Shown here one piece after another: positions 10,301 to 19,305 of a stretch of DNA of 64,000 nucleotides. The notes under the pieces are model-generated. The model saw only the letters and a list, made by a program, of their open reading frames with translations, was not told the origin of the DNA and made no database searches. The number at the start of each line of letters is the position of its first letter. The stretch's first letter is position 1. The DNA lies in NCBI GenBank assembly GCA_041736805.1, contig JBGSSW010000011.1, positions 18,395 through 82,394 on the forward strand, in the 5' to 3' direction. The translations under genes were made by a program, and so were the position numbers. Origin of the DNA: Minisyncoccia bacterium (GTDB lineage Bacteria; Patescibacteriota; Minisyncoccia; Phycocordibacterales; UBA918).

Positions 10301-13300
10301 ACATGCACTTCGTACTGACCTTCAGTTGAAATCGAGAGATTTCCACTCCAGTCACCTTTGTTATCAGTCTTAACTTTTTCTCGATTAATCTCCGTTAGCT
10401 TTTTCTCAGACCGATAGTAAAAACCTCCGTCAACTTCTTGTCGTTTAAAAGTTTCCCATTCGACCTTGTAAAGGGTTTTTTCAATGTTGCCGATTGATAC
10501 GGGTTTTCCCTCCGTAGTAACAGTCTTCACACGAAGAGTGTTTGGAGAGTTAACACTTGTATAGTATTCATCTGTCTTCACGCCGAGATAAAATTCTCCC
10601 TTATGGACGACGAAAGATTTCTGTAGCGATACAGACCTGCCGTTAACGTCTTTTGCTGTTACTGACACCGTAACAAGCTTACTGCCTTCGCTCTCCACAT
10701 CATCAAAGTAGTCATCGAAATTGAACGTACGCTCAATAGTAGCCCGTCCATTTTCGTCAATCGTCGTCTCTCCTCTAAATAAGAAGTTGTCACCATAACC
10801 ACATGAGTAGCAGGAGTACCAATCACTACCGAAATTAAAGTAATCATCAGTGTATCTGTCGAAGTAATAGTCCTGCGCTGTAACAGCATAAGAAATTGCA
10901 CCCTCATCAAGTGGTACACCGAAATAGTAGTCTGCTTGAACATCAACCTTGAAGGTATCTCCATTTGTGTACTCCTCTTTATTTGTTGTAGCCTCTAGTT
11001 TGAATGCGGCTGGAACATATTCTTCAACATCAAAGTAAAAGCTCTGCCCGAACACTTCGATTCGGTAGGTTCCGAGAGGGGCATCACTCGGTATATCAAG
11101 TTTCGTTGAAAACGTTCCGTAAAGATTCTGTTCCAGATTTGTGTCGTAAATTCGAGCGCCTTGAGAATCAAATACTTCTAGAGATACCTTTTCTCTGTTC
11201 CAGACTTCATACTTTCCATCAAAACCAATGCGATCAATGCCTCGTATATTTACAGTGTGTCCAGGACGATAAATAGGCCTATCAGTATACACGTAGGTCT
11301 TGGAAGCATCTTGCGCAGGACTCGCATTACGTAGTGTGTCAGCCCAGTCAGTAATAACGGCGCTATCAAGTCCTGATTTAATCACTGCCCCACCTAATCC
11401 TTCATGAATCGCAACTCGTGCAATTCCTTGACCGTCAGTGACTCCTGAAGTTTTTTGTCCAAAATTACGATTGTACCCACCTTCAAATTGTGTGACCACT
11501 GCACCTGCAACTGGCAAAAGGGTCTTGTTGTTACTGATCCAATACAGGTTACTGGACGCACCCAACTCTTTCGTAAGGATGTTATCTTTACTTGGATTAC
11601 TGGAAACGCTCCAGGCTTCGTCAGAGTATTCGATCTCTTTTTTGCCTACGGCAAGATTCGTTACGCTTACATATGTTCTGTCAAATAATTGACGATTTTC
11701 ATATGTCTCTTTGTATAAAGGATTACTAAACGTCAATACGTAATGACCACGAGTATCAGAAAAATATTCAGTAAGATTAATTTGGAAGTAGTTATTGACC
11801 CAGTATCGAATCGGTAGTGGTATTTGCTTAGTGATTACTTCAATACATCCATCACTACGTGCGGGAGTATATTGATCATCGCGATCAATAGTTCGTGCAA
11901 GAAATGTCTCAGGGCTCATCTTGCAAATATGCATATCCACATACTCAAGATTCTCAACCGCGTACGTGAACTTAGACTTGTCCGGAGAGGTTACATTATA
12001 TTGCTGTTGCATATTATGGAACCGTGTGTACTGCTCTTTGGGTGGACTGGTTCTAAACGACAATTGATTTGATGCTTGCTGTCCAAAAACATCTACTGGT
12101 TTTACCTCTAAACTATAATTAGTCTCTGGTAGCAAACCATACGACAGCCGAGTTTCAAATTCTCCAGCTTGACATTTGTTATAAGAATTCTGAGATTCAA
12201 CATAGAAAGAATTAGACCAGCGCCCGAATACTATGTAGCCGTCAGTTTGTACATACGAATCTAGCCCGTCATCTTCAGGGTCTCGTAGAGGAGTGTTGGA
12301 ACAGATAGTTATTCCATCAAGATCAGCACTTGTTGATTGATTTTGAGGGAGTGAGCGGAGTATTTGGAATGCCGGATAACTCTTAAGTGCGATATTTATT
12401 GGCTCTGCATTGATACGAAAACCTTCCTTTGTAAGCACTTTCTTCAACTCAAGATTAAATGATTCGTTCACTCCGATCGCGCTTGGTTCAAAAGAAAATA
12501 TCAGTGTTTTTGTATCAGACTCTTTCTCACACGTTGATCCAAGTTGAATAGGTTCACCATTTTCGTCAGTCTTACATCGCTCTCCATAGGAAATATTTTT
12601 AAGCCCCTTAACTCCGATACTTGATTGATCTTTATCTATATCATCAAAAAAAGTTACTGTTACAGTGCCTTGTGGGTCAACTAAATCTGGACGAACGAGT
12701 GACGTACGATCTGACTGAGCAGTAACACTTTCAACGATATTAGCTACTGAAACTACGGTGTTTTTTCCCTCTTCTAAGTTCATTGTTCCGACAAAGGGTG
12801 TGGCGCCAGTCACAGATACTGAATAGGTGGTATCAAAATCCCAGAGTCGACTACGACCGTGAGCATCTTTTTTCTGATACACAAACAACTTACTCTTGTC
12901 TTCGTTTGTAATATATTTACGATCGCTTCTGTCATAGACAGTTACCTCACCGTATTCGACTTCGATTGAAACTTTACTGCCATCAGATTTTGAAACAGTA
13001 ATCTCCTTTTCAGTTTGACTTAAATCCACTGGCTGATTAAAAGCAATAATGATAGGTGAACTGTATCCGATTTGTTCTGTGGAGACATTTTCATAGCGAA
13101 GGGGGCGCGTTACAAAAGTATGGGTTACTGGAGCGACTGGCAGACCATCAAGAGAATAAAAACCACCCTTTACTTCAACTGTATATTTTGATGATGGAAT
13201 GAGAGTAGTTTCAGGTATAAATTGCAAATTTCTGGTACTAATCCATTTAAATTTACCTGGTGTTGGAGGAGATATGGTGATTGGTAGTTCAATTGATTCT

Positions 13301-13917
13301 TGCTCTGTTAGCGTTGTGAGTGGAACCATTGGACGATTGAAGACAATGGTGATTTCGCTATCTTCATGAGCTTCACTGAGTGAAGCTGGAAAAATTGTCT
13401 CAATTTTAGGATCTTCGTCAACGTAAAAATCTCCTGACATCTGGACAGAGCCCGTGTCCATATTGACTGCATAGTAGACTTTCGTACGAAGTGGTTTTTT
13501 TGGCTTAAATGAGACAACTCTTTCGAGATCCTCTGTCTGCCACTCTCCTTCGACTTCAGGACTAAAAGTAATGCTGGCACGCGCAACATCTTCGCTTACA
13601 CCTTCTGGGAGGTTGATTTGAATTGAAGCACTTTTTGATATTTTTTCCGGAACAAAGGAGTAAACATTTGTAAACTGCTTTACTGCCACATGCCTATCCT
13701 GCGTAGCATAAAAGAAAAGTGCTGCCCCAACAAAAATAAGAATTCCTAGAGCTATTAAAAATGGCGCCCTTTTACGTCCTAGCATTTTTAATGCATTTAG
13801 GAATTTCTGTTTAATTGATAGTTTTTCGGAGGTAGGAAGTACTGTCGGCAAAACTTGTTCAGTTGGTTGCGAATCAGGGACAGTGACTTTAGATGTAAAA
13901 TCTTCTTGTGAATCCAT
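7318..13917 (-). CDS. bacterial alpha-2-macroglobulin family protein (2199 aa) with thioester motif and N-terminal TM anchor
   Basis: MVTYPYGCSEQLASSL contains the CxEQ thioester signature. The size and repeated beta-rich (MG-like) domains fit the A2M family. The N-terminus has one TM helix (FLIALGILIFVGAALFFYA) and no lipobox. The gene pairs with a PBP gene. Confidence 0.75.
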   Translation of the reverse strand: MDSQEDFTSKVTVPDSQPTEQVLPTVLPTSEKLSIKQKFLNALKMLGRKRAPFLIALGILIFVGAALFFYATQDRHVAVKQFTNVYSFVPEKISKSASIQINLPEGVSEDVARASITFSPEVEGEWQTEDLERVVSFKPKKPLRTKVYYAVNMDTGSVQMSGDFYVDEDPKIETIFPASLSEAHEDSEITIVFNRPMVPLTTLTEQESIELPITISPPTPGKFKWISTRNLQFIPETTLIPSSKYTVEVKGGFYSLDGLPVAPVTHTFVTRPLRYENVSTEQIGYSSPIIIAFNQPVDLSQTEKEITVSKSDGSKVSIEVEYGEVTVYDRSDRKYITNEDKSKLFVYQKKDAHGRSRLWDFDTTYSVSVTGATPFVGTMNLEEGKNTVVSVANIVESVTAQSDRTSLVRPDLVDPQGTVTVTFFDDIDKDQSSIGVKGLKNISYGERCKTDENGEPIQLGSTCEKESDTKTLIFSFEPSAIGVNESFNLELKKVLTKEGFRINAEPINIALKSYPAFQILRSLPQNQSTSADLDGITICSNTPLRDPEDDGLDSYVQTDGYIVFGRWSNSFYVESQNSYNKCQAGEFETRLSYGLLPETNYSLEVKPVDVFGQQASNQLSFRTSPPKEQYTRFHNMQQQYNVTSPDKSKFTYAVENLEYVDMHICKMSPETFLARTIDRDDQYTPARSDGCIEVITKQIPLPIRYWVNNYFQINLTEYFSDTRGHYVLTFSNPLYKETYENRQLFDRTYVSVTNLAVGKKEIEYSDEAWSVSSNPSKDNILTKELGASSNLYWISNNKTLLPVAGAVVTQFEGGYNRNFGQKTSGVTDGQGIARVAIHEGLGGAVIKSGLDSAVITDWADTLRNASPAQDASKTYVYTDRPIYRPGHTVNIRGIDRIGFDGKYEVWNREKVSLEVFDSQGARIYDTNLEQNLYGTFSTKLDIPSDAPLGTYRIEVFGQSFYFDVEEYVPAAFKLEATTNKEEYTNGDTFKVDVQADYYFGVPLDEGAISYAVTAQDYYFDRYTDDYFNFGSDWYSCYSCGYGDNFLFRGETTIDENGRATIERTFNFDDYFDDVESEGSKLVTVSVTAKDVNGRSVSLQKSFVVHKGEFYLGVKTDEYYTSVNSPNTLRVKTVTTEGKPVSIGNIEKTLYKVEWETFKRQEVDGGFYYRSEKKLTEINREKVKTDNKGDWSGNLSISTEGQYEVHVTGADDKGNKLKTVANVYIYGSGSVTVPPNNNYELDLEVDKTDLDVGDEASVLIKSPYPKAKALISVERGTVYDYWIVDVIGGLYSHKFPIKSEYSPNVYVSVLLLSSDPEVKYGNVYYNIGTQEKELSVEVTANKTHYLPGEEVKLTVKTKNHQGQGVPAEVSVAVADLSVLALKGNPKKNPLVFFYNGFPLSVTTASNIKNILHEVDIPLGTKGGGGAEPDDLAKKKRGVFKDTAFWEASVETNQNGDASVTFTLPDNLTTWQIESLGVTKDTKLGVDYQEFTTKKDLMAVPLKPRFVVPGDVFSLGAKIFNQTADGKEISVTLESKTLAFKGDASESVFINPGESKTVYFDVEAPETMRAGEHVFTFTASDKANTFVDSVEQSIAITPNKTYETVATANATKDDTAVEYLYVPDTVVDGEGGLTINANATMAVFMTDALSYMVTYPYGCSEQLASSLSTIGILTEALTLPNVEGEFDTIEHDGVTYTVENVVTDGLKQVYEAQTLGGGFAYYKGLNANLSLTIHVVSALYDLKMAGYEIREDVLSRGIGYIESETKRLYTQYPDQNNETVILAESVLRKISPETKTSLTDIVITLIKDDSFLNEKISSMSLAYLAILTSKDYSRSDRNRVYDAFQNRIDIDGRGAYLASTEHSNRDFYETPIKNTALAVAVFAAHEDEHETLPNMLRWLLASRDHQGVWGSTHNTFTVVSAMVDYLKWQHETESHFTLRGLLDGVEIFGFEFNPKTVFETFTHFVSIDALPKEKLLPLAFEKEDKNGRENNLYYDMSLKYYLPVDSLPPRDEGITITRDLYALSDERDSESLQTVSVGDVVRGKLTITIPDEYQNVAVEDFIPAGFEIVNFNLSTEDQSLNKQEDVYDEWSAGNSNFTASVFGSVKNIFSDSQVAQVYGSFSSGGVYSKENRKLYPTHVESHDDRVFLYVERLEPGVYEYEYYLRALIPGTFQHLPARAEELYFPEVFGRTSGGIVTVTED

Positions 13918-13995
13918 AATATTGAGTAAATTATAGCATCTTACGCATAATCAAAATGATGATTTAGTCACAACTTAGTAACACGTTCACAACTT

Positions 13996-15528
13996 TTACC
14001 CCACCCGCTCTTTCTTAAACTCCTCCGCATACTTTTGCACGATATTGGCTGTGTCATCCTTCTCTTCAAGGTCAAACCAGAACTTTCCGTCCACGATGTG
14101 GATGCCATACCTGAAATCTTCCTTAGCGTTCGTATGCAGATGTTCTGTAGCCATGTCGGTCAGCTTCACGAGTTCGTGATTGAGAAGCATTACCTCGTCT
14201 TTGTACGATTCAATAAGCTCGTCATACCTTTCAGTAAGATCGGTATCAAATATATCTGACGCCTGCTTCCCGAGCTTCCGGAACTCGCAGAGGGTGTTGT
14301 ATTTCTCGACAGGCTTCGCATTCTTCTCGATGAACAGAGCGAGGTTCGAGAATGACAGAATCATCTCGACCTGTTTTTTGTATTCGTGCACGAACTCCAA
14401 ATCCTCCTTGCATGCATACAAGCTCTCACCCGTGAGCATCTCCACAACTCTCATTTCGCCGAACATGGACATCTCCGCTTCTTGCCGTTTCAGTTCCTTC
14501 GCGCAAAAGAGACTCGCAAAATACTTTCTGGTTTGCTCCATCTCAGCATACCAAATAGCGAACAGCTCCTTGTGGCTTTTTTTAGTGTTGCCGTTCCAAG
14601 TATCGAAGCGGTCACTTGCAAAGAATGGTGCAAAATCTTTGGTGAACAATCCGTTATCGAGCCATGAGTGAAGTGTCTCCCTAACCACATGCTCCATGGT
14701 CACGTCGTTGCCTGTAGCGTATTCCTCTATATTTTCCAGAACTTCGTCATCGTTCCGATCCTTGCACTTGATACGCGCATCGTGAGCAACTTTATACATA
14801 ATCTCCTTGAGCGGAAGCTCGGCGAAGAAGTCACCGATCATAAAGCCGTCCTTCTCCGTGCCACTGCGCATCTTTTTAATACCTTCGTAATACATGCGAG
14901 TGAAGATGGTATCGACGAGGGTGTCTTTGTCCTTCTTGCTAATCTTTCCGCCTTTGAACATTTCATAAAGGAGCGTGTGATCTTCCAGATATTGTTTGTT
15001 GTACCCCACAGAATCATCAAGTAGGACAAGGTCTTCTCGTATTTCCAGAGGTAAGTTGAAGAAAGTGAAGGTGTGGAGGACATGGCGGTACTCGAGGTAC
15101 GTATGAGCGAGAGCAAAGGAGAGACTTTCTTCCTTGGTGATGTTGTCCTGCATTAGACTGTTCACAGGTATGTCTGTCGTCTTCTTTAGATCAGCAAGAC
15201 AGTACGTGAGTATTCGCTCGTTCCTAACCAAGGACAACTCAGCATTGGTTGCAAACATTTGTGCATCAAGACGCATGGACTGTTCCAAGCGGACAATACC
15301 GATGTATCGGTTATATTCATTGATCTTTCCTGTATCTCCAGACCACTTTTGTGTTAGGGTATGAAGCTGCGAATCAGAGAAAATACTTGTACCAGTCTTT
15401 TCTCTATGTCTATCGTTATGCACAAGTGCAGTCACCCGTTCAAGCGGGGTCATGTTTGATCGCAATAAGATGTTGTTGAGGTTTTTCATACTATCTTGTC
15501 TTCTTGAGCATACTCTCAAGAAATTCAA
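13996..15528 (-). CDS. hypothetical protein (510 aa), acidic, no recognisable motif
   Basis: Long ORF in operon with the methyltransferases. The likely start is an internal Met (MKNLNN, ~15489). Confidence 0.5.
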   Translation of the reverse strand: MNFLRVCSRRQDSMKNLNNILLRSNMTPLERVTALVHNDRHREKTGTSIFSDSQLHTLTQKWSGDTGKINEYNRYIGIVRLEQSMRLDAQMFATNAELSLVRNERILTYCLADLKKTTDIPVNSLMQDNITKEESLSFALAHTYLEYRHVLHTFTFFNLPLEIREDLVLLDDSVGYNKQYLEDHTLLYEMFKGGKISKKDKDTLVDTIFTRMYYEGIKKMRSGTEKDGFMIGDFFAELPLKEIMYKVAHDARIKCKDRNDDEVLENIEEYATGNDVTMEHVVRETLHSWLDNGLFTKDFAPFFASDRFDTWNGNTKKSHKELFAIWYAEMEQTRKYFASLFCAKELKRQEAEMSMFGEMRVVEMLTGESLYACKEDLEFVHEYKKQVEMILSFSNLALFIEKNAKPVEKYNTLCEFRKLGKQASDIFDTDLTERYDELIESYKDEVMLLNHELVKLTDMATEHLHTNAKEDFRYGIHIVDGKFWFDLEEKDDTANIVQKYAEEFKKERVG

Positions 15529-15685
15529 CTCGTTCCTTCAGCTCGGTGTTGGCGATGTTCCTTGAAAGGGTTGAAGCGAGCTTAGCAATCATCGATGCCT
15601 GTTTGAACGATATCTCGCGACTCACCACTTTGCGGAGGGTGTCAGAGAGAATGTTGTTTATTTCTTCTAAATTAATTGATTCCAT
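15491..15685 (-). CDS. small hypothetical protein (64 aa), predicted helical
   Basis: ORF packed between two operon genes, overlapping both ends by a few bp. Confidence 0.3.
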   Translation of the reverse strand: MESINLEEINNILSDTLRKVVSREISFKQASMIAKLASTLSRNIANTELKERVEFLESMLKKTR

Positions 15686-15686
15686 A

Positions 15687-16061
15687 TTAGTGATGTTCTA
15701 CGATCTCAAACCACGCTCGTACCTCGTGTGCTCGGCCGCTCTTGATGATGTTCTTGTACAGAGCAAAGATGACGTTTGGCGTGAGTTTGCGTGCCCAGGC
15801 GTTTAGATCTTTGGTTAGACCGTCTTTCTCAAGACGTTTGTTCCAGTCGGTAAGGGTGCCGACATCGACCTCATACTTCTTCGAGAAGTCGAGCTGGGTC
15901 TTGAGCGTGAGCAGTTCAAACACCGTTTCCTCCTCGATACCAAACTTTTCAAGCGCTACTCTCGGCTGTCCTTTGAGAAATGAAGGTAGAGACTTCCAAA
16001 GAGCGTAGGTTGTGTATACCTGGCTTTTATACGTATCTTTGGAAAAATCTTCTTCATTCAT
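15687..16061 (-). CDS. small HTH-like protein (124 aa), resembles phage small-terminase/transposase-type HTH
   Basis: The segment FSKKYEVDVGTLTDWNKRLE has the pattern of an HTH followed by W-x-[KR]-R. It lies inside a mobile-looking operon. Confidence 0.35.
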   Translation of the reverse strand: MNEEDFSKDTYKSQVYTTYALWKSLPSFLKGQPRVALEKFGIEEETVFELLTLKTQLDFSKKYEVDVGTLTDWNKRLEKDGLTKDLNAWARKLTPNVIFALYKNIIKSGRAHEVRAWFEIVEHH

Positions 16062-16065
16062 ATGC

Positions 16066-16815
16066 TTATATCTTCACCGCCTTCGTGCCAGTGAGTTTTT
16101 CAAGTCGCTTGAGTGACGCTTCCACGTATGCCTCATCAAGCTCAATGCCAATGCACTTTCGACTCAAGTGCTCGCACGCGACAGCCGTTGACCCACTTCC
16201 AAGAAAAGGGTCGTAAACAACGTCGCCAACCTTCGTTGAGTTAGGGATAATCTTTCGCAAAAGACCCACAGGCTTCTGTGTTGGATGTAGTTTCGACCGT
16301 GATGGTCGAGGGTGGTAGATAACATTCTTCGCTTTGGCACGTTCCATCTTGTGCTTCCCAAACCAGCCGTAGGCAATGAGTTCGTACAGGGACAGGTAAT
16401 CCTTCCGGCTCATGACGGGCTGGTTCTTGAGCCAGATGATCATTTGGCTGTAGTAGAAGCCAGCAGACTTCATGCCCGAGCGAAGACTCGGGAACATTGA
16501 GTCAGCATTGAAGATATACACTGCGTTGTATTCGGTGAGATATGGGACAACGATTCCAAGATACTTGCGGGTGAATTCCTCGTATTCTACTTCACTCTGT
16601 AGGTGGTCGCCCATGATTGCTTTCGTTTCGTCCGTACCGATTTTTACGAACCCTTTCTTGTTCTCGACATAAGCAACGCCATAAGGCGGATCGCTGACCA
16701 CTGCTCGGATCTTATGTTGACCAATGACCTTGCCGACAAACTCTCTATCAAGCGAATCACCGCAGGCGATGATGTGACCACCGACCTTGAAGATATCTCC
16801 TTTAATTATTTTCAT
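16066..16815 (-). CDS. beta-class DNA methyltransferase (N6-adenine / N4-cytosine type)
   Basis: Motif IV VSDPPYGV precedes motif I DPFLGSGSTAVA, which is the beta-class order. The start is taken at the internal MKIIKGD; the longer ORF would overlap the upstream gene by 107 bp. Confidence 0.8.
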   Translation of the reverse strand: MKIIKGDIFKVGGHIIACGDSLDREFVGKVIGQHKIRAVVSDPPYGVAYVENKKGFVKIGTDETKAIMGDHLQSEVEYEEFTRKYLGIVVPYLTEYNAVYIFNADSMFPSLRSGMKSAGFYYSQMIIWLKNQPVMSRKDYLSLYELIAYGWFGKHKMERAKAKNVIYHPRPSRSKLHPTQKPVGLLRKIIPNSTKVGDVVYDPFLGSGSTAVACEHLSRKCIGIELDEAYVEASLKRLEKLTGTKAVKI

Positions 16816-18046
16816 AGATTCGCTTTGCTTTAAGTCCGGTAAACTTCTCCCATCGATCGATGAGGATGGTTGCGAAGATGAGATCCTGCTCAACTCCTCG
16901 CCACGCACGATTCAGTTCCTCGCACGCAATCAAGTCGCTACCGCTTCCAGCAAATCCGCTGTATACGATATGGAGCGGAGCGCTGCACCTTTTGAACGGC
17001 TTTTCGTTTAGGGTCACTGGCTTCTGGGTAGGATGCTGGTATGACTGGGCGCTGTCTCGCTTCTCAATCCAGATATCGATCATGTCGAATATTTCGTCAT
17101 GCACCTGATTGCCGGTGGTCACTTCCTGATTGAGGATTTCGTTCACGTTATTCATTCCCGTATTGAGATACGGCTTGCCGATCGTGCCGTACACGCATGG
17201 CTCGTACACCTTGTTGAAGGCAATTTTGTGCGTTGGGTTCTGGTTGTTCTTAAGCCAGAGGCAGACACGCTTGGCGTTCACCAGGTGTTTCTGATACAAG
17301 CTCTGCACCATTCCTATGTACGAGGAGTCGCACCAGTAGAAGTAGTGGGCATTCTTTTGGCTTATACCCTTCGCCACCTCTATGCTCTTGTCCAAGAAGT
17401 CTCGGTATTCACTGTCTTTCTTGGAGTCATCTTTGCTCGAATATGATCCCTGATACTTCTCTTTGTTGCCGACGCCTTTGGAGTAGTCCAAGCCGATGTT
17501 GTATGGAGGATCACAGTACACGATGTCCGCCAGGTCTCCGTTCATGAGCTTCTGCACGAGTTCACCATCAGTAGAGTCCCCGACGAGCAGTCGATGTTTG
17601 CCGAGTTCCCAGATTTCTCCAGTTTTAACTTTCGGCGTAATCATATCCTTGAGTGCCTTTTCGAAATTGAAGTCGTCATCGACCACATCAACATCGTCGA
17701 ATAAGCTTTGGAGCTCTTCGTCCCCAAAGCCAACATCGAGGAGCAGGTTCATATCGAACTCCTTGAGGAGCTCCTCGTTCCAAGAGCCGGTGTTTTTATT
17801 GAGACGGAGATTTAATTCTCGTTCCTCTTCGAGTGAAATCTCACGCGAAGGAATCATACACTCGACCTCCTTAATGCCGAGGTCGGCATACACCGTGACT
17901 CGTTGTTCACCGCCAATTATAGTATTGGCTCGTGAACCGATGTTGAGAACTATCGGAACAACTGTCCCAAATTCATGCACCGACTTCTCCAAGTCTCTGC
18001 GCTCGTTTTCGCTTAACTTGCGTGGATTGTATCCGTTCTTGATCAA
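16802..18046 (-). CDS. ParB-like nuclease domain fused to a beta-class DNA methyltransferase
   Basis: The N-terminus GYNPRKLSENERRDLEKSVHEFGTVVPIVLN matches the ParB/Srx domain. It is followed by CDPPYNIG (motif IV) and SGFAGSGSDLIA (motif I). Confidence 0.8.
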   Translation of the reverse strand: MIKNGYNPRKLSENERRDLEKSVHEFGTVVPIVLNIGSRANTIIGGEQRVTVYADLGIKEVECMIPSREISLEEERELNLRLNKNTGSWNEELLKEFDMNLLLDVGFGDEELQSLFDDVDVVDDDFNFEKALKDMITPKVKTGEIWELGKHRLLVGDSTDGELVQKLMNGDLADIVYCDPPYNIGLDYSKGVGNKEKYQGSYSSKDDSKKDSEYRDFLDKSIEVAKGISQKNAHYFYWCDSSYIGMVQSLYQKHLVNAKRVCLWLKNNQNPTHKIAFNKVYEPCVYGTIGKPYLNTGMNNVNEILNQEVTTGNQVHDEIFDMIDIWIEKRDSAQSYQHPTQKPVTLNEKPFKRCSAPLHIVYSGFAGSGSDLIACEELNRAWRGVEQDLIFATILIDRWEKFTGLKAKRIYENN

Positions 18047-18274
18047 GTCGCCGAGCTTGAAAGTGGCAGGTGACCAGGTGATCTTTTTTTTTCATGGGGT
18101 TAATTTCAGAAGAGGATCTAATTAAGCTCTTCTACCCCTATTCGTCATCCGATGACCAAATGACAATTGGTTTTCAGCGAGTGCGAGTGAATGACAAAAA
18201 ACTTCCTAAAACAAAAGACCTTTCACTACTTGAGTGAAAGGTCTTTTGTATCGTCATCTTTAACGAAATGACTA

Positions 18275-18982
18275 TCAGTCTCCTCGGATGACAAAGAGGG
18301 TCATGTATCCATGCCGACGAGTGTACCTTGGGATTGGATTTTTGGTCATGCCGAAAAATTGTTTCAGTCCTTCGTTGAGTTCATATTTAATGTTGCGATG
18401 GAGGCGGAAATCCCAGTGTTCTTTAGTGAGTGCACCACCGTGGTCAGCGATTGCCCGAAGCATTTCCCATTTCATGTCTGGTCGCATGGTTCGTTCATTG
18501 ACGAAGCCCATATCTTTGAAATCAAACTTCTTCGTCTGTTTACCTGGGTACGAGACACGAACAACGTGTCCATCGATAAATTGCATCTCAAGCGATTCCC
18601 ATGATGCGTTTCCGGGTAGCTGGTATGAAGCTTTCACATACTTTGTTTCAGCCGCTGGGATAGCGTCATCCACAGTGTATTCCTGAACAGATCGGTCGAG
18701 TGCGGTCATAATGAGGTCTTCGTCTGCACCCTCATAGAGAGAAGGAATGAACGGGGGCGCTATCTTTGGAACCATCTGAATTCTGCTCATCATTTCAAGT
18801 TGTGGTCGAACGCTTTCCATCACTTTATGCATATTTTCCATCGGTTTTCTCAGTGTCTCTACAAGTTTCTGAGATTGCTCGGCTGTTCTATTCAACGTCG
18901 AAAGGAACGACCCATCCGAGAAGACGGTTGTGGGTGTGTATCCATCCTTTGCTTGTTGAAGTATCAATTCGCCGACTGTCAT
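18275..18982 (-). CDS. hypothetical protein (235 aa), first gene of the block-2 operon
   Basis: ORF with no recognisable motif. Confidence 0.45.
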   Translation of the reverse strand: MTVGELILQQAKDGYTPTTVFSDGSFLSTLNRTAEQSQKLVETLRKPMENMHKVMESVRPQLEMMSRIQMVPKIAPPFIPSLYEGADEDLIMTALDRSVQEYTVDDAIPAAETKYVKASYQLPGNASWESLEMQFIDGHVVRVSYPGKQTKKFDFKDMGFVNERTMRPDMKWEMLRAIADHGGALTKEHWDFRLHRNIKYELNEGLKQFFGMTKNPIPRYTRRHGYMTLFVIRGD

Positions 18983-19235
18983 ACCTCCATATTATATCTT
19001 AAAAATTACTTCACGAAAATTGGCATTTGTTGGCATTTGGGACACACTCCAAAACGCCCTTGGTGTGTCTCATCTGTCTCATTCTCGAGAAAGAGACCCC
19101 GACCCACAAACCTCAAATTCTTCAAGGAAAAAGTGCTAGAATACCCTTATGTTGCTTGGAGCTGTGGGTACCATACCCGAGTACACCGCAGCAGTAGAAA
19201 GAAAAGGCTTGCCTGCGTACTGCTGCGGGAACCAG

Positions 19236-19305
19236 AACGATGTGAGTTTACGAACGAGTGGCAAAACAATGTTTAGACATTGTTTTGCGGGTTGAGAGTA
19301 CTTAG
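19236..19305. repeat. structured repeat family A, copy 1 (GAACGATGTGAGTTTACGAACGAGTGGCAAAACAATGT-TTAG-ACATTGTTTTGCGGGTTGAGA)
   Basis: ~88% identical to 37321–37382. It contains an 11-bp hairpin CAAAACAATGT/ACATTGTTTTG. The second copy has base changes in the stem that keep the pairing, with one mismatch. Confidence 0.6.

Noticed and set aside
8169-13589. Many 80–160-aa antisense or alternate-frame ORFs inside the A2M gene (e.g. 8169..8420, 8785..9121, 10659..10964, 13308..13589)
   Set aside because: They sit inside a long, well-supported CDS on the other strand and are typical shadow ORFs.
13996-15528. Calling the 510-aa protein a terminase large subunit or portal because of its position after a small-terminase-like HTH gene
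   Set aside because: No Walker A/B or nuclease motifs are recognisable. Position alone is not enough, so it is left as hypothetical.
16815-16908. Longer 280-aa start for the second methyltransferase (from 16908)
   Set aside because: It would overlap the upstream ParB-MTase gene by 107 bp. The internal Met at MKIIKGD gives the typical MTase N-terminus and a 14-bp overlap.
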